In this document: positions 30,862 to 40,968 of the stretch, one piece after another
How the letters are laid out: the number at the start of each line of letters is the position of its first letter
Numbering within the stretch: position 1 is the stretch's first letter
Notes under the pieces: generated by a model
What the model was told of the DNA's origin: nothing
The model's input: only the letters and a program-made list of their open reading frames with translations
The model's database searches: none
Virus record (IMG/VR): IMGVR_UViG_3300037249_001405
Coordinates: 146,317 to 210,316 of that record
DNA length: 64,000 nucleotides
Direction: 5' to 3' (one strand)
Source: a virus
Lineage: Duplodnaviria > Caudoviricetes
Program-made: the position numbers and the translations under genes

Positions 30862-30977
30862 AATATTTTTGTGTTTATTAATTATACTCAATGATTAGAT
30901 TAATAGAAGATTAAACGTGAGATTTTAATAATTTAAAACTCTAATAAATAAAGTTTAACTAGATAAAAACATTAATT

Positions 30978-31319
30978 ATGCTTACAAAAGATGAATTTAC
31001 TCAAGCGGTAATTGACAAGTCCTACGATTACTACTACGTAGACCACCCATACTCAAGGTGGGGACAGGCTATTTTCAACTCCATGGAAGAGTTATTCGGA
31101 TCAAAGATTTCCAGAACATCACAATTTGTTTATCGAGTTGATTGTTATTACCACGATGACAAAGTAGAAGACTTTCTCGACAAGTGCTACGATCTGTATG
31201 TAATTGACCAGAAAAAGCCAATTGATTACCAGAAAGTACTTAATTGGCGGAATACATCGCACGGAGAGAACAGAGAGAATTCACGTTTGGAACTTATTAA
31301 ATCAATAGAATGTGAATAA
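30978..31319 (+). CDS. Hypothetical protein
   Basis: 113-aa ORF with promoter motif AAAACTCTAATAAATAAA upstream. Confidence 0.7.
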   Translation: MLTKDEFTQAVIDKSYDYYYVDHPYSRWGQAIFNSMEELFGSKISRTSQFVYRVDCYYHDDKVEDFLDKCYDLYVIDQKKPIDYQKVLNWRNTSHGENRENSRLELIKSIECE

Positions 31320-33258
31320 GACAATACTGGATGTACCAGCTGGTGTCAGGTACATCTCTGATTGGGTAGATTTCGATCTACCCAATTTTCCAGTAATTAT
31401 AAATAAACAATTGCCTGGTTGTGGATTTACAGATTTTTGTATAAAGAATAAAAAGAACGTAATTCTTTGTAGTCCAAGGAAATTCCTATTGGAAAACAAG
31501 GCAGAACAGCATCCTAATCATGTTCTCTATATTAATCCTTCTTTAATTGGGTTAGAGAATCAGGAAGTTGATATGCTAGAAAGAATTCCTCCAGAATATC
31601 CTACAATGATTCAACTTGGTAATCTACAGACACTAATTTATAATTACTTGGTAAAATGTAGAAAAAATCATAAATTTGCTAAAATACTCGTTACATACGA
31701 TTCATTTAAATACGTAAAACAGGTCTTAGCAAGTTTAAAAGAGAATCCAGATAATTATTATATTGTTGTTGATGAGTTTCAATCAGTATTTACTGACTCA
31801 TCCTTCAAACCTGATACAGAATTGGAATTTATAAATGAGTTAAGGGGAATTAATAATGTCTGTTTTGTATCCGCTACTCCAATGATGGAGGAGTATTTGG
31901 ATAAAGTTGATATGTTTAGTGGCTTACCTTATTATGCTCTTGATTGGGAAAAGTTACAACCAATGAGAGTTAATAGACCGTGTATCGCTACACACCCTGT
32001 TAGTTCTGTTATATCAGCAGGAGTTCATATCATAAATAAATTAAAATCAGGACAATTTGAAGAGGTTTATACAGGAGACGATCAAAATCCAACTCTTGTC
32101 AAAGCCAAAGAGGTTGTTATATATGTTAATTCTGTCGCTAATATTATTAAATTAATAAAGAAAACAGGATTAAAACCGGATGAAGTTAATATTCTCTGCG
32201 CAAGAACGAAACGTAATGAGGATATTCTTCAAAAGAATCTATCTGGCTGGTATAAAATTGGTCATATACCTTTGAAAGGTGAATCAAGAAAAATGTTTAC
32301 ATTCTGTACAAGAACTACTTATTTTGGTGCAGATTTTTATTCAGATTGTGCTAAAACAGTTATTCTATCTGACGCTAACGTCGGTTGTACAGCTGTAGAT
32401 ATAGCTCTTGATATACCCCAGATTATGGGTAGACAAAGAATGAAAGAGAATCCTTGGAGAAATTTAGCGGATCTCTATTATGTTAAATCCCATAAAAAGT
32501 ATACAGAAAAACAAATCAATGAAAAGGTTGATGAGAAAATAAAACAATCAAACCTCATTATTGATTCTTATAACAGTATTCATAATCCGAATGCTGATAT
32601 TGAGAATTATTTAAAAGATTTGATTAAAATTTCTGTATCCGCTAATGCGTATAAAAAAGATTATGTCGGATTGCAAGAGAATGAAGATGGCTCGGTTGAT
32701 GTTATTTTCAATAATCTCGCTATGTATGCCGAACTTAGATCTTATAGTGTCGTTTTATCAGATTACACTAGCCCATTACAATTTTCAGAGGCTAATTTAA
32801 CAGCTCATATTTCTAAAGTACCAGAGTTAATGACTAAATTAAGTCAAACTTCATACTTCGAAGATAAGTTAAAATTAGTTTGTGAATATAAATCTCAATT
32901 AACTGATCTTGAATGGAATGATGTGCTTGCGCACATTCCTGCTAGAATAACTAGTATAATAAAACAAGTCGGTGTAGATTTATGCACACAATGTGGTTAT
33001 CGTGTAACTAGAATAAAAGAAGTAGCTGTCTTGAAAGACAGCAGAGATGTAATTGTAGATAAAATCAGAAATATGGTAAAACCAGGTGATGATTTTACTA
33101 CATCTCAAGTAAAAGATATGCTTAAGAAAATTTATGATGAATTAAGTATCGTAAAAGATCCTAAAGCAGGCGATTTTGTTGAGTATTTAAACGGAAAAGT
33201 TAGGGTTTATCGTAAACAAAATAATGGTAATCGGGAGATACGTTATAAAATACTTTAA
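31312..33258 (+). CDS. SF2 (DExD/H) helicase-like protein with atypical Walker A; possible replication initiator
   Basis: LPGCGFT (motif I, K replaced by F), LCSPR, VTYDS, VVDEFQ, VSAT, QIMGRQR. Confidence 0.75.
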   Translation: MNKTILDVPAGVRYISDWVDFDLPNFPVIINKQLPGCGFTDFCIKNKKNVILCSPRKFLLENKAEQHPNHVLYINPSLIGLENQEVDMLERIPPEYPTMIQLGNLQTLIYNYLVKCRKNHKFAKILVTYDSFKYVKQVLASLKENPDNYYIVVDEFQSVFTDSSFKPDTELEFINELRGINNVCFVSATPMMEEYLDKVDMFSGLPYYALDWEKLQPMRVNRPCIATHPVSSVISAGVHIINKLKSGQFEEVYTGDDQNPTLVKAKEVVIYVNSVANIIKLIKKTGLKPDEVNILCARTKRNEDILQKNLSGWYKIGHIPLKGESRKMFTFCTRTTYFGADFYSDCAKTVILSDANVGCTAVDIALDIPQIMGRQRMKENPWRNLADLYYVKSHKKYTEKQINEKVDEKIKQSNLIIDSYNSIHNPNADIENYLKDLIKISVSANAYKKDYVGLQENEDGSVDVIFNNLAMYAELRSYSVVLSDYTSPLQFSEANLTAHISKVPELMTKLSQTSYFEDKLKLVCEYKSQLTDLEWNDVLAHIPARITSIIKQVGVDLCTQCGYRVTRIKEVAVLKDSRDVIVDKIRNMVKPGDDFTTSQVKDMLKKIYDELSIVKDPKAGDFVEYLNGKVRVYRKQNNGNREIRYKIL

Positions 33259-33267
33259 GTAAATTGG

Positions 33268-33314
33268 AATAATCTATTGAGTCTTAACGACTTAGTAGAT
33301 TATTTCTTTTTCTT
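33268..33314 (+). terminator. Intrinsic terminator
   Basis: AATAATCTATTGAGTC/GACTTAGTAGATTATT plus T-tract. Confidence 0.7.
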
Positions 33315-33765
33315 TCGAAAAGTTTCATTCGGGTCCGTACGTAAATGGTGGTAACTCTATATATTATATATTTATTATAAACGAAAAATTTTTATATTTT
33401 ATATAAGGGAAGAAAAAAATCTTGAAAATCTCAGCCAAAAAAAAAGCCATTTCTGCCCTACAGGCTATTGTAGAGGGGGTAGTAAAAATTCTCTTTCGCA
33501 AATTTTGCTTAATTTTTTAAAATTTTAGCCAAAAAAATGTCCACTTTTTCTTTCCACCTACCCCAACCAACCAAATAAGTGTATTCGGTCTTTCATCCCT
33601 CATACACTTATCCGCCTTCGGCGGAAAGAGTTATAAATCAGTATAATATTATTTCAAGTTAGAGAGTTTTTTATAGAATTATCCTTACGCCCGGAGCCAA
33701 ATGAAACTTCTCAGATTCTTAGTTATGAATTATGTAACTCATTAATTTATAATAAATTAACAAAA

Positions 33766-34890
33766 ATGACATCAAATAAGAGAATTATGAACAGGGAACC
33801 AAGGGAGTTCATAGCTCCTACATTGGATTCTTATGATTGTGGTGATTATCCGATTGTGTACCAATCTGAGTTTTGTACAGGTATTGGTATAACAATAAAT
33901 GATGAATCACCAACCCCACCTAATAGATTCAATAAGGATGGATTTGTTGATCTATCAAAATATACAGCGGAATATGCGTTTTTTAAGAAACGTTGTAGTA
34001 AATGTAAAAGGAAACTAGTTGAATTAGCTGATCCAAAGACGAATTCTTCTGGAACTCCTGAAAAGACTGTAGAAAAATATAAACCTTTTTACGATACCAC
34101 AAGAGAAGGTAGATATGTTTCTGCTTGTACAAAAAGAGGTATTGCTACTATTCCCCCAGTAGAAATAACATGTCCTGATTGTATCGCTACTAATGAATTA
34201 ATGCCAGATGAATTGATTTTAGTAGAGAAAGATTTATTAAAATGTAATGAAAATCTGCCATCTGGTTTTAATAGTAGTAGAGAATATTTCTTAGCATTTA
34301 AAAGAAACTATAATTTCTTCTTTAATCTAATTCCATTAAATGATCTTGAATTAATTTCTGATGTTAAGAAGGATTATTTAAGTAAGTTTGAGAAATATTC
34401 TTTTAAATTTTCTCAGGTTCGTTTAAAATCTAGTGATGACAATGTTAGTCCTACTAATAGAATTACAATCACTAAATTAGATGATAGGGAACTACCACCA
34501 TTATTAGCTGATATCAATGATGTGGATTGTTCTGTTTTACATGAAGCTTGGGTAGATCAGATGCCTCTTCAAGTGTTCATGAAAAGTATTTTAGACTATC
34601 TTTTTAATTCTGGCTTATCAACCGGAACTTATTCTTATAGTATTGATGATAAAATACTCCTAAATGTAAAAATCAATTATATACCAAATGCATTTGGAGA
34701 TGATTATGAGAGCTATAGAATGAAATCAATAGTAATATCTCCTAATGCTAATAACTATTCTTATACTAAATCATCAACTGGAGGAGCGCCTGAATTTGAA
34801 GTAACATGTCCCCCAGAAGAGGATGCATCAGAGAAAGTTTCTGTGGATAGTTATAGATATGATGTTGAATGTATTCAACTTTGTGAGTAG
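33766..34890 (+). CDS. Hypothetical protein with CxxC pairs
   Basis: CSKC and CPDC; 374 aa. Confidence 0.75.
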   Translation: MTSNKRIMNREPREFIAPTLDSYDCGDYPIVYQSEFCTGIGITINDESPTPPNRFNKDGFVDLSKYTAEYAFFKKRCSKCKRKLVELADPKTNSSGTPEKTVEKYKPFYDTTREGRYVSACTKRGIATIPPVEITCPDCIATNELMPDELILVEKDLLKCNENLPSGFNSSREYFLAFKRNYNFFFNLIPLNDLELISDVKKDYLSKFEKYSFKFSQVRLKSSDDNVSPTNRITITKLDDRELPPLLADINDVDCSVLHEAWVDQMPLQVFMKSILDYLFNSGLSTGTYSYSIDDKILLNVKINYIPNAFGDDYESYRMKSIVISPNANNYSYTKSSTGGAPEFEVTCPPEEDASEKVSVDSYRYDVECIQLCE

Positions 34891-35754
34891 ATGAGATATT
34901 TTATAATAAAAAGAAGTAACTTCAATAAGATATTTTACTTTGAAAAAGAGTGGTATCCTATTGAAGTTATTGAAGTAGAATTAGATGCTACCTTCACTCC
35001 ATTAGCACATAGTAGTTATGTTAGATTATTAGATGATGAAGGTAATGTCTATACAAGATATTCATTTGAATTGTTTGATAGTAGGGAAGAAGCAGAGAAT
35101 TTTACTGGAATTTATCAAGCTGTCGGTACTGATAGTTATCCTAATATCAAGGAAGAAAATAGTATAACTTCAAGTGAAATCCATATATCCGAAATTCAAA
35201 TGAATGAGTTAGTTGGAATACCTAGTGGTTACTGTCCATTCGAAGAAAATACTATGTGCTGGAAATTAATGGGTATTCATAGATTGATATTCATTAAAAA
35301 AGGAATGTTAAAAGAATTTCTTATCTGGTCTCTTCATGATAGTCCGGACCGCATCAAGGATAAATACTCTACTTGGTTTATTAAAGGAATGGGAGATCTA
35401 GAAGTAATTGAAGATTTCTTAAAGAATTTTATCAATCTTAAGTGTTTTCCTGTTCTGTTCTTTGAAGATAATTATGAGATTCGTGGAATGGATAAATTCG
35501 CCAAAATGAATTTTAAAGATTTACCAGTTTTTGCTATTGAACCCAAAATATTTGTTGGTGATAAGATCAATACAATGAGATTCAGTAATTATCATTGGGT
35601 AATAAAAGATTTTTCTAAAGAAGTAAATCTCTTTTATTGTGTGAATATTGAATGTGGAGGTTTTCATCAATTTCATGGAAGAGATCTTTTCCTAAATGAA
35701 GATGATGCTGCGGAAGCTATCCTAAATAGAACTGAATTCACATACAATAAATAA
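34891..35754 (+). CDS. Hypothetical protein
   Basis: 287-aa ORF abutting the upstream gene. Confidence 0.75.
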   Translation: MRYFIIKRSNFNKIFYFEKEWYPIEVIEVELDATFTPLAHSSYVRLLDDEGNVYTRYSFELFDSREEAENFTGIYQAVGTDSYPNIKEENSITSSEIHISEIQMNELVGIPSGYCPFEENTMCWKLMGIHRLIFIKKGMLKEFLIWSLHDSPDRIKDKYSTWFIKGMGDLEVIEDFLKNFINLKCFPVLFFEDNYEIRGMDKFAKMNFKDLPVFAIEPKIFVGDKINTMRFSNYHWVIKDFSKEVNLFYCVNIECGGFHQFHGRDLFLNEDDAAEAILNRTEFTYNK

Positions 35755-35760
35755 TAAAAA

Positions 35761-35798
35761 AAAGAACATATAGCATTAAAACTATATGTTCTTTTTTT
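35761..35798. terminator. Bidirectional terminator
   Basis: AAAGAACATATAG/CTATATGTTCTTT between convergent genes. Confidence 0.8.
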
Positions 35799-35800
35799 AT

Positions 35801-36646
35801 TTAGAATACCCATTCTTTTGGATATTTAACTCTTTTTAATGATCCGTCACTTAATACAGTATAAGTAACGGATGATACAATTGGTTGATCTTTCTTTTCT
35901 TCAACCAATTGTTTAACTTCTTCAAATACTAGTAGATTTGGTGATTTTAAATTCGTCCAATCTTTTGTTATAAATACTGGTATTTGACCGGGAGTGTTGT
36001 TATAGTAGAATGAATCGGTGTCAACTTCTCTTATTTTGGTTCCACCTATTTCGATTCTGTACTTTTCAGCACTCGACAAATCACCACCTACAAAAACACT
36101 GTTGTAGATGTTTCTCATGCAAATCTCAAAATTAATATCCATAGATGGGAAGAGTTTTATTCTTCCCCTAGTTTGGAATTTTTTGAATTCTACGTTTGGT
36201 TCGTTACCTTTCTTAATAGTAACGTGTGGATTAATAAGATTGAAAATACCAGCCCTATCATTCCACAAAAGATCAGACGTTATTTCTATACTCATGATCA
36301 AATCACTTCCTATATCTTTTGTAAGATCAGAAATGATTAGAGTAATAGCTGTTCTGTCTAATCTAACCATTAAATAATAATCGCTTTTCTTTCCGGGTGT
36401 ATACCCAAAAACAAGTATATTATTTACATTACATAACTTCCACTTTTTACCAGCTAATGTAATTAGCTCATCAGTAGAAGTCATGTCAAATGGACTTCCT
36501 TGAAAAGTCTTTAATATTTCTGACTTCTCTTTGCCTTGCTTGAGACTCCAATTGTGAAATCTCTCATTCAAGTCAGAGAGAAACCTATTAATCCAACTTT
36601 TCAGATATTCATAATCTGAAGCTGGTAATTTTTCGAATTTTATCAT
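35801..36646 (-). CDS. Hypothetical protein
   Basis: 281-aa ORF. Confidence 0.75.
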   Translation of the reverse strand: MIKFEKLPASDYEYLKSWINRFLSDLNERFHNWSLKQGKEKSEILKTFQGSPFDMTSTDELITLAGKKWKLCNVNNILVFGYTPGKKSDYYLMVRLDRTAITLIISDLTKDIGSDLIMSIEITSDLLWNDRAGIFNLINPHVTIKKGNEPNVEFKKFQTRGRIKLFPSMDINFEICMRNIYNSVFVGGDLSSAEKYRIEIGGTKIREVDTDSFYYNNTPGQIPVFITKDWTNLKSPNLLVFEEVKQLVEEKKDQPIVSSVTYTVLSDGSLKRVKYPKEWVF

Positions 36647-36648
36647 TT

Positions 36649-37533
36649 TTACTTAAATTCAAACAATTTAGTAAATACGATATTTCCTCTGAGGTGATTT
36701 TGATTTTCACCATTAAGGAACGGCATAAGATTTTCTCCTATTGCATTTATTTGATCTTGTGTAGGAGAATCAAAATTCAATTTTTTGCATATATCACTTA
36801 TGCAGAAAATTATACTATTAGGAGGACAGTTATAAATATCCTCCACCATAACCACAGAGTCTGGATTTACCCCAAGTCGTAATCCGGTTTTATCTGGATT
36901 ATCATACAATAATTGAGTAAGTCCAAATCTTTCTAGGGGTTCTCTATCCAAGTAAATCATGGATACGATCCAGTTACCAACTCTAACAAACTGAAGTGTG
37001 GTAACTTTTGGTTCTTTAGGCTGTTGATCTTCTCTTTCTTCTTTGTAAGATGGATCAACAACAGGCGGATTATTTACGTCTCTACCAAATGCATGTTCAT
37101 TACTAAATTTGTGATAAAAAACGTGCATTTTAGTAACTCGATCGTAACTAAAACCAGCTCCTAAGAAATCAATTTCTTTATTGAGAAAATCGACGGTAAT
37201 TTGATCAAATTTTTCTTCAATAAATTTTACTAAATGATCTTCTTCTTGTGAATTTGCCAATGGAAATTCACAAAAAGAGATACCTTTTCGAAGATCTCCA
37301 ACCTTTTCGTTTCCTTTACCGTAAGGTTGAAGAACGACGAGATCTTGAAGATCTACCATCATTGGTAGAGCACACGTTAACCAACCTAACGGTCCAGTTA
37401 ACGAGTGATCATTTGCATGACCTTTATCTACTCCAATTGCGATGAGGTAAAGGTTATTTTCGTCCCTACCGATGTAGGTTCCAAATCCGAGCTTTTCAAG
37501 CTCTTCGCATTGGTTTTTTATATTGTAGTTCAT
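36649..37533 (-). CDS. Hypothetical protein
   Basis: 294-aa ORF after the conserved leader. Confidence 0.75.
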   Translation of the reverse strand: MNYNIKNQCEELEKLGFGTYIGRDENNLYLIAIGVDKGHANDHSLTGPLGWLTCALPMMVDLQDLVVLQPYGKGNEKVGDLRKGISFCEFPLANSQEEDHLVKFIEEKFDQITVDFLNKEIDFLGAGFSYDRVTKMHVFYHKFSNEHAFGRDVNNPPVVDPSYKEEREDQQPKEPKVTTLQFVRVGNWIVSMIYLDREPLERFGLTQLLYDNPDKTGLRLGVNPDSVVMVEDIYNCPPNSIIFCISDICKKLNFDSPTQDQINAIGENLMPFLNGENQNHLRGNIVFTKLFEFK

Positions 37534-37625
37534 AATCTTATATAATTTTATTTAGTTAATAATCTAGAAAAAATAAAAGAAGATATAAACAATATTGTTT
37601 ATATCTTCTCCTAATTAAGAGTTTT
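37534..37625 (-). promoter_or_regulatory. Promoter-hairpin-U-box leader, copy 10
   Basis: AAAACTCTTAATTAGGAG, palindrome 37578-37609, TTTTATTTTTTCTAGATTATTAAC. Confidence 0.8.
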
Positions 37626-38007
37626 ACCGTTTTTTACTCTTTCTCAATCTTTCTAGACGTTTATATAGATTTAGCCACGGAACACTATTCTTTAGCTTAG
37701 CTTTTGAGAATACTGATTTCTTGTTTTCCCATAAGAAATCAGTTATTTCTTCCATTGGCAGGGAAAGGATATTCTCTACACACTTATCATTAACATACCA
37801 TTCTTTCCTGTATTTTCCGAATCCTTTTAGATGTAGATAATCATGTATGCATCTCTCATCCACTCTACTACCTTTGGTAACCCTCACTAACTTACAACTC
37901 GGATTGTGTGCTAAGTATTGGGTTAATCTGGACTCTACATCATCTGCATAACCAATCTTATACAATTTATTTCCCTCTGAATCTAAACTTGTCAAGCAAT
38001 ATAACAT
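37624..38007 (-). CDS. GIY-YIG (T5orf172-like) nuclease domain protein
   Basis: LY..LYKIGY...SRL, E..IH and EWY motifs. Confidence 0.75.
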   Translation of the reverse strand: MLYCLTSLDSEGNKLYKIGYADDVESRLTQYLAHNPSCKLVRVTKGSRVDERCIHDYLHLKGFGKYRKEWYVNDKCVENILSLPMEEITDFLWENKKSVFSKAKLKNSVPWLNLYKRLERLRKSKKR

Positions 38008-38107
38008 GATAATTTTATATTTATATTAAACATAATGAGTTTTTATTAATACGTATATTAGAATGGTAGTATATTGTTAGTGGAGTTTTCTTTATTTCAA
38101 TCACTTT

Positions 38108-38203
38108 AAACCCTTAATAATGAGGAAGATATAGACAGTTAAGTTTATATCTTTCTTTTTTATTTTTCACGATTATATTAACATTTAAAAAAACTACAAT
38201 ATT
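38108..38203 (+). promoter_or_regulatory. Promoter-hairpin-U-box leader, copy 11
   Basis: AAACCCTTAATAATGAG, hairpin, TTTTTTATTTTTCACGATTATATTAAC. Confidence 0.8.
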
Positions 38204-38668
38204 ATGGAAGTTATATTCCTGGTAGGCTTGCCTGGATCAGGTAAGTCCACAGTTGCAAGTATTGACCCCACTTACAAGGTGGTGTCAATGGACCGTATTC
38301 GTCAGGATATGGGCATCATCGGCTCTGATGGCAAAAAAGGCATCGGAAACAATGAGCAAGAAGCCGTTGTAAAGGCTAAAGAAAATGAAACCATTGCCGA
38401 TTGGGCTAAAGCCGGTTATGATTTCATAATTGATGATACTAATTTAAAATCCGGTAAAAGGATGATGCAAATTGATATCATTAAAAAAGCTAACCAAAAT
38501 TACAAGATTAAGTATATTTTGGTTAAGACTCCGGTGGAGATTTGTATATCTCGCCGTCCTGAAATTCCCCAGGATATTATGCATTCATTTAATGATGCAA
38601 GTAACTGGGTAATTTACAAAGAGGAGCTTCAACAGATTGATGCTCTTGAGGTAATAAGCAATAACTAA
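38204..38668 (+). CDS. P-loop polynucleotide kinase-like protein (AAA_33)
   Basis: VGLPGSGKST, SMDRIR, IIDDTN, CISR. Confidence 0.85.
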   Translation: MEVIFLVGLPGSGKSTVASIDPTYKVVSMDRIRQDMGIIGSDGKKGIGNNEQEAVVKAKENETIADWAKAGYDFIIDDTNLKSGKRMMQIDIIKKANQNYKIKYILVKTPVEICISRRPEIPQDIMHSFNDASNWVIYKEELQQIDALEVISNN

Positions 38669-38673
38669 TTATT

Positions 38674-39093
38674 ATGATTAAAATTCTCGAAGAAGATTTG
38701 AGAGAATTTATCTGTGGGAAAATAGGTAAATTCTCTGACGATATTGAATTTCATCTTTCTAACTTTCCGAAAATACTCTTTAAATCGGATAAAGACAAGG
38801 AAGGTGAGATTGTGATTTCCTACGGTGATCTGAAATTCACCCTTGAAGGAGGTTACGTAAACGCCGATACTGGCGATAATGTAATCTTTCTTATAGTCAC
38901 TCTAACTTATTTTGATAAAGAAAGTGAGCGACGTGGTAGAATTATATTCAGGTGCAAGTATCTGTTATATGATACTGATGGTATCGTATATTGGGACAGT
39001 GACGGTCTCGATATCAAAACCGCGATAATCTCAATATTATCTGCACTTCAGATGAGTGATATGCAGATAATTGAATGTCCTATTGAAATTTAA
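38674..39093 (+). CDS. Hypothetical protein (tandem paralog)
   Basis: MIKILEEDLREF..FHLSNFPKI..YGDLKF..IISILSA. Confidence 0.75.
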   Translation: MIKILEEDLREFICGKIGKFSDDIEFHLSNFPKILFKSDKDKEGEIVISYGDLKFTLEGGYVNADTGDNVIFLIVTLTYFDKESERRGRIIFRCKYLLYDTDGIVYWDSDGLDIKTAIISILSALQMSDMQIIECPIEI

Positions 39094-39107
39094 TTATTAA
39101 CTGTATT

Positions 39108-39527
39108 ATGATTAAAGCATTAGAAAGGAACCTTAAAGAGTTCCTTGTGAATAACAGGACAGAATTTTTGCCTGAGGATATTAGGTTTAATTTAAGCCAA
39201 TTCCCGGAAATTTCCTGGAGTAATCCTACAGAAAGAAATATTCATGTCGATTATGGTGACATGAAATTTCATCTTTCCTACGAGAGGATGAACGATACAG
39301 AAAATATCTATATCGTTTTGACCTTAATTCATCAAGAAAAAGGTAATGAATTCTGTATAGTAACCGATTGTAGGTGTCCTTACAAAGATGCTCACGGTTC
39401 TATAGGATATAATAATAACGGTACGCTCCGTTTACAAAACGGATTTAAACTCGAAGCCGTTATTATTTCAATATTATCTGCAATCAATACTAACGAATTG
39501 GAGATAACGAGAACTACTATAGTATAA
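39108..39527 (+). CDS. Hypothetical protein (tandem paralog)
   Basis: MIKALERNLKEF..FNLSQFPEI..YGDMKF..IISILSA. Confidence 0.75.
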   Translation: MIKALERNLKEFLVNNRTEFLPEDIRFNLSQFPEISWSNPTERNIHVDYGDMKFHLSYERMNDTENIYIVLTLIHQEKGNEFCIVTDCRCPYKDAHGSIGYNNNGTLRLQNGFKLEAVIISILSAINTNELEITRTTIV

Positions 39528-39543
39528 GAAAGTTTACATAAGA

Positions 39544-40137
39544 ATGAATAATAATAATAGATTTAATTTTGGGGAGTGGTCTCTCACCGAGACCCGGAGT
39601 GTTATTGGTAAACTTATTATCAATAACAAGAATTATCCGGACGGTTTATTTGATACTGGATCACTCTACATTTTACTACCTGGTAAAACCCGCCGTCCTA
39701 TTAGGGACATCTGGCATATTATCAGATATGTCTCCTGGGGTGTTATTCATATTTTCAGTCTCATTCGTGAGCTCAAAAAACTAAATAACACATTCAGAAA
39801 AAATATAAATTCGCTCACTCTAGGCGATTTGTTATTGTACAAGGTATTCGAAAAATTTTGTTTCCTTGTGCATCTCGTTAGAGGAGCGAATAGAACAGGT
39901 ATTATGTTGGGTTGGTCTGACTCATTGAAAAATGAGTATGATACACTCAACAATGATACTCATTTCGATGTTACTGTGAGGTGTTTTAATTCACCAAACA
40001 GTGATAACATTCAACATCTCATCTCTTCCGGACTTCTCAATGAAGCTGAGGATGATGAGGAGGTTACTCACATTGAGGTAACTATTCAGAATTCAATTGG
40101 CGATTCTTTCGTCCTTGGAATTCTGAAAAAGAATTAA
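39544..40137 (+). CDS. Hypothetical protein
   Basis: 197-aa ORF. Confidence 0.7.
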   Translation: MNNNNRFNFGEWSLTETRSVIGKLIINNKNYPDGLFDTGSLYILLPGKTRRPIRDIWHIIRYVSWGVIHIFSLIRELKKLNNTFRKNINSLTLGDLLLYKVFEKFCFLVHLVRGANRTGIMLGWSDSLKNEYDTLNNDTHFDVTVRCFNSPNSDNIQHLISSGLLNEAEDDEEVTHIEVTIQNSIGDSFVLGILKKN

Positions 40138-40140
40138 AAA

Positions 40141-40188
40141 AAAAACACATAGATTTATTTTTTTAGTATTTCTATGTGTTTTTTTTTT
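40141..40188. terminator. Bidirectional terminator
   Basis: AAAACACATAGA/TCTATGTGTTTT with flanking A- and T-tracts. Confidence 0.75.
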
Positions 40189-40190
40189 AT

Positions 40191-40259
40191 TAGTGGCTCA
40201 TTGAGGATTCGAACCTCTTTCGGTATTATTTCCCGACGCTGCGCCTCGCCTTAGAGCCA
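40191..40259 (-). ncRNA. Degenerate tRNA-like element (pseudo-tRNA) at the 3' end of an ORF-less transcript
   Basis: TGGCTC/GAGCCA acceptor-like stem, GAGG-TTCGAAT-CCTC T-arm, TCGG/CCGA anticodon-like stem lacking U33, minimal D-arm. Confidence 0.6.
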
Positions 40260-40494
40260 TGTATATAAACCCCCGCCAGATAATAAAATCTTTGAAAGGG
40301 ATTATAATTAAATAAACCCACCAACAACACTTATATTGGTGTTATTAGTGGGTGTGCTTCAGTTATTTATTTTTTTTTTTAATTGTTCATAAATAAGGGT
40401 TTTAAGGAATAAGAGGAAATAAAAAAAAACAAACTTAACTAGCTTTTTTGTTCTAATTAAGTTTGTTTTTCTCAATGCGTTAGTGTGGGTTCAG

Positions 40495-40968
40495 TTATCT
40501 CCATTCCCAGTCGGTCAACGACTGGTATACTCGACCCCCATCAAGTGTGGAGGGTCTGCGACTCTGTCTGTCGATCGGTACTGCTACCGACCGAACTACG
40601 GTGGCAGTTGCGCCACCGTAGCCTCCTGTGCGACCTGTGCGACGAACGGTCTCACCAAAGATCCCAGGCGTTACCGTCTCCTTGGAACCGTCGGAATAAT
40701 ACCGAACTACCGTATCCCCGTAAATACCCGGAGTCCGGGTCTCGGAGATCATGTGGATGGAGAGCGGCGATGTTGCAACAATCTGAGTACCGCCGAGGTA
40801 CTTCTCAGCGTACTCCTTTGCTGCACCAGGATTGCTGAAACCAATGTTAGTGCCGCGAGGCACAAAAACGGTCTGCGGGCTATCCGATACAACTGCAGCG
40901 GTTGTTACTCCAACCGCAAGAGCTCCCAGGAATACGTCTCCCCAGGAGAAATCATTTTTCTTGCTCAT
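40495..40968 (-). CDS. Hypothetical GC-rich, Gly/Thr-rich protein with hydrophobic N-terminal segment
   Basis: Promoter AAAGCCTTATTATTGAA upstream; internal TPGIYG/TPGIFG repeat. Confidence 0.65.
   Translation of the reverse strand: MSKKNDFSWGDVFLGALAVGVTTAAVVSDSPQTVFVPRGTNIGFSNPGAAKEYAEKYLGGTQIVATSPLSIHMISETRTPGIYGDTVVRYYSDGSKETVTPGIFGETVRRTGRTGGYGGATATVVRSVAVPIDRQSRRPSTLDGGRVYQSLTDWEWR

Noticed and set aside
40191-40259. Functional canonical tRNA
   Set aside because: No U8, no D-loop of normal size, no U33, acceptor mismatches, CTA instead of CCA
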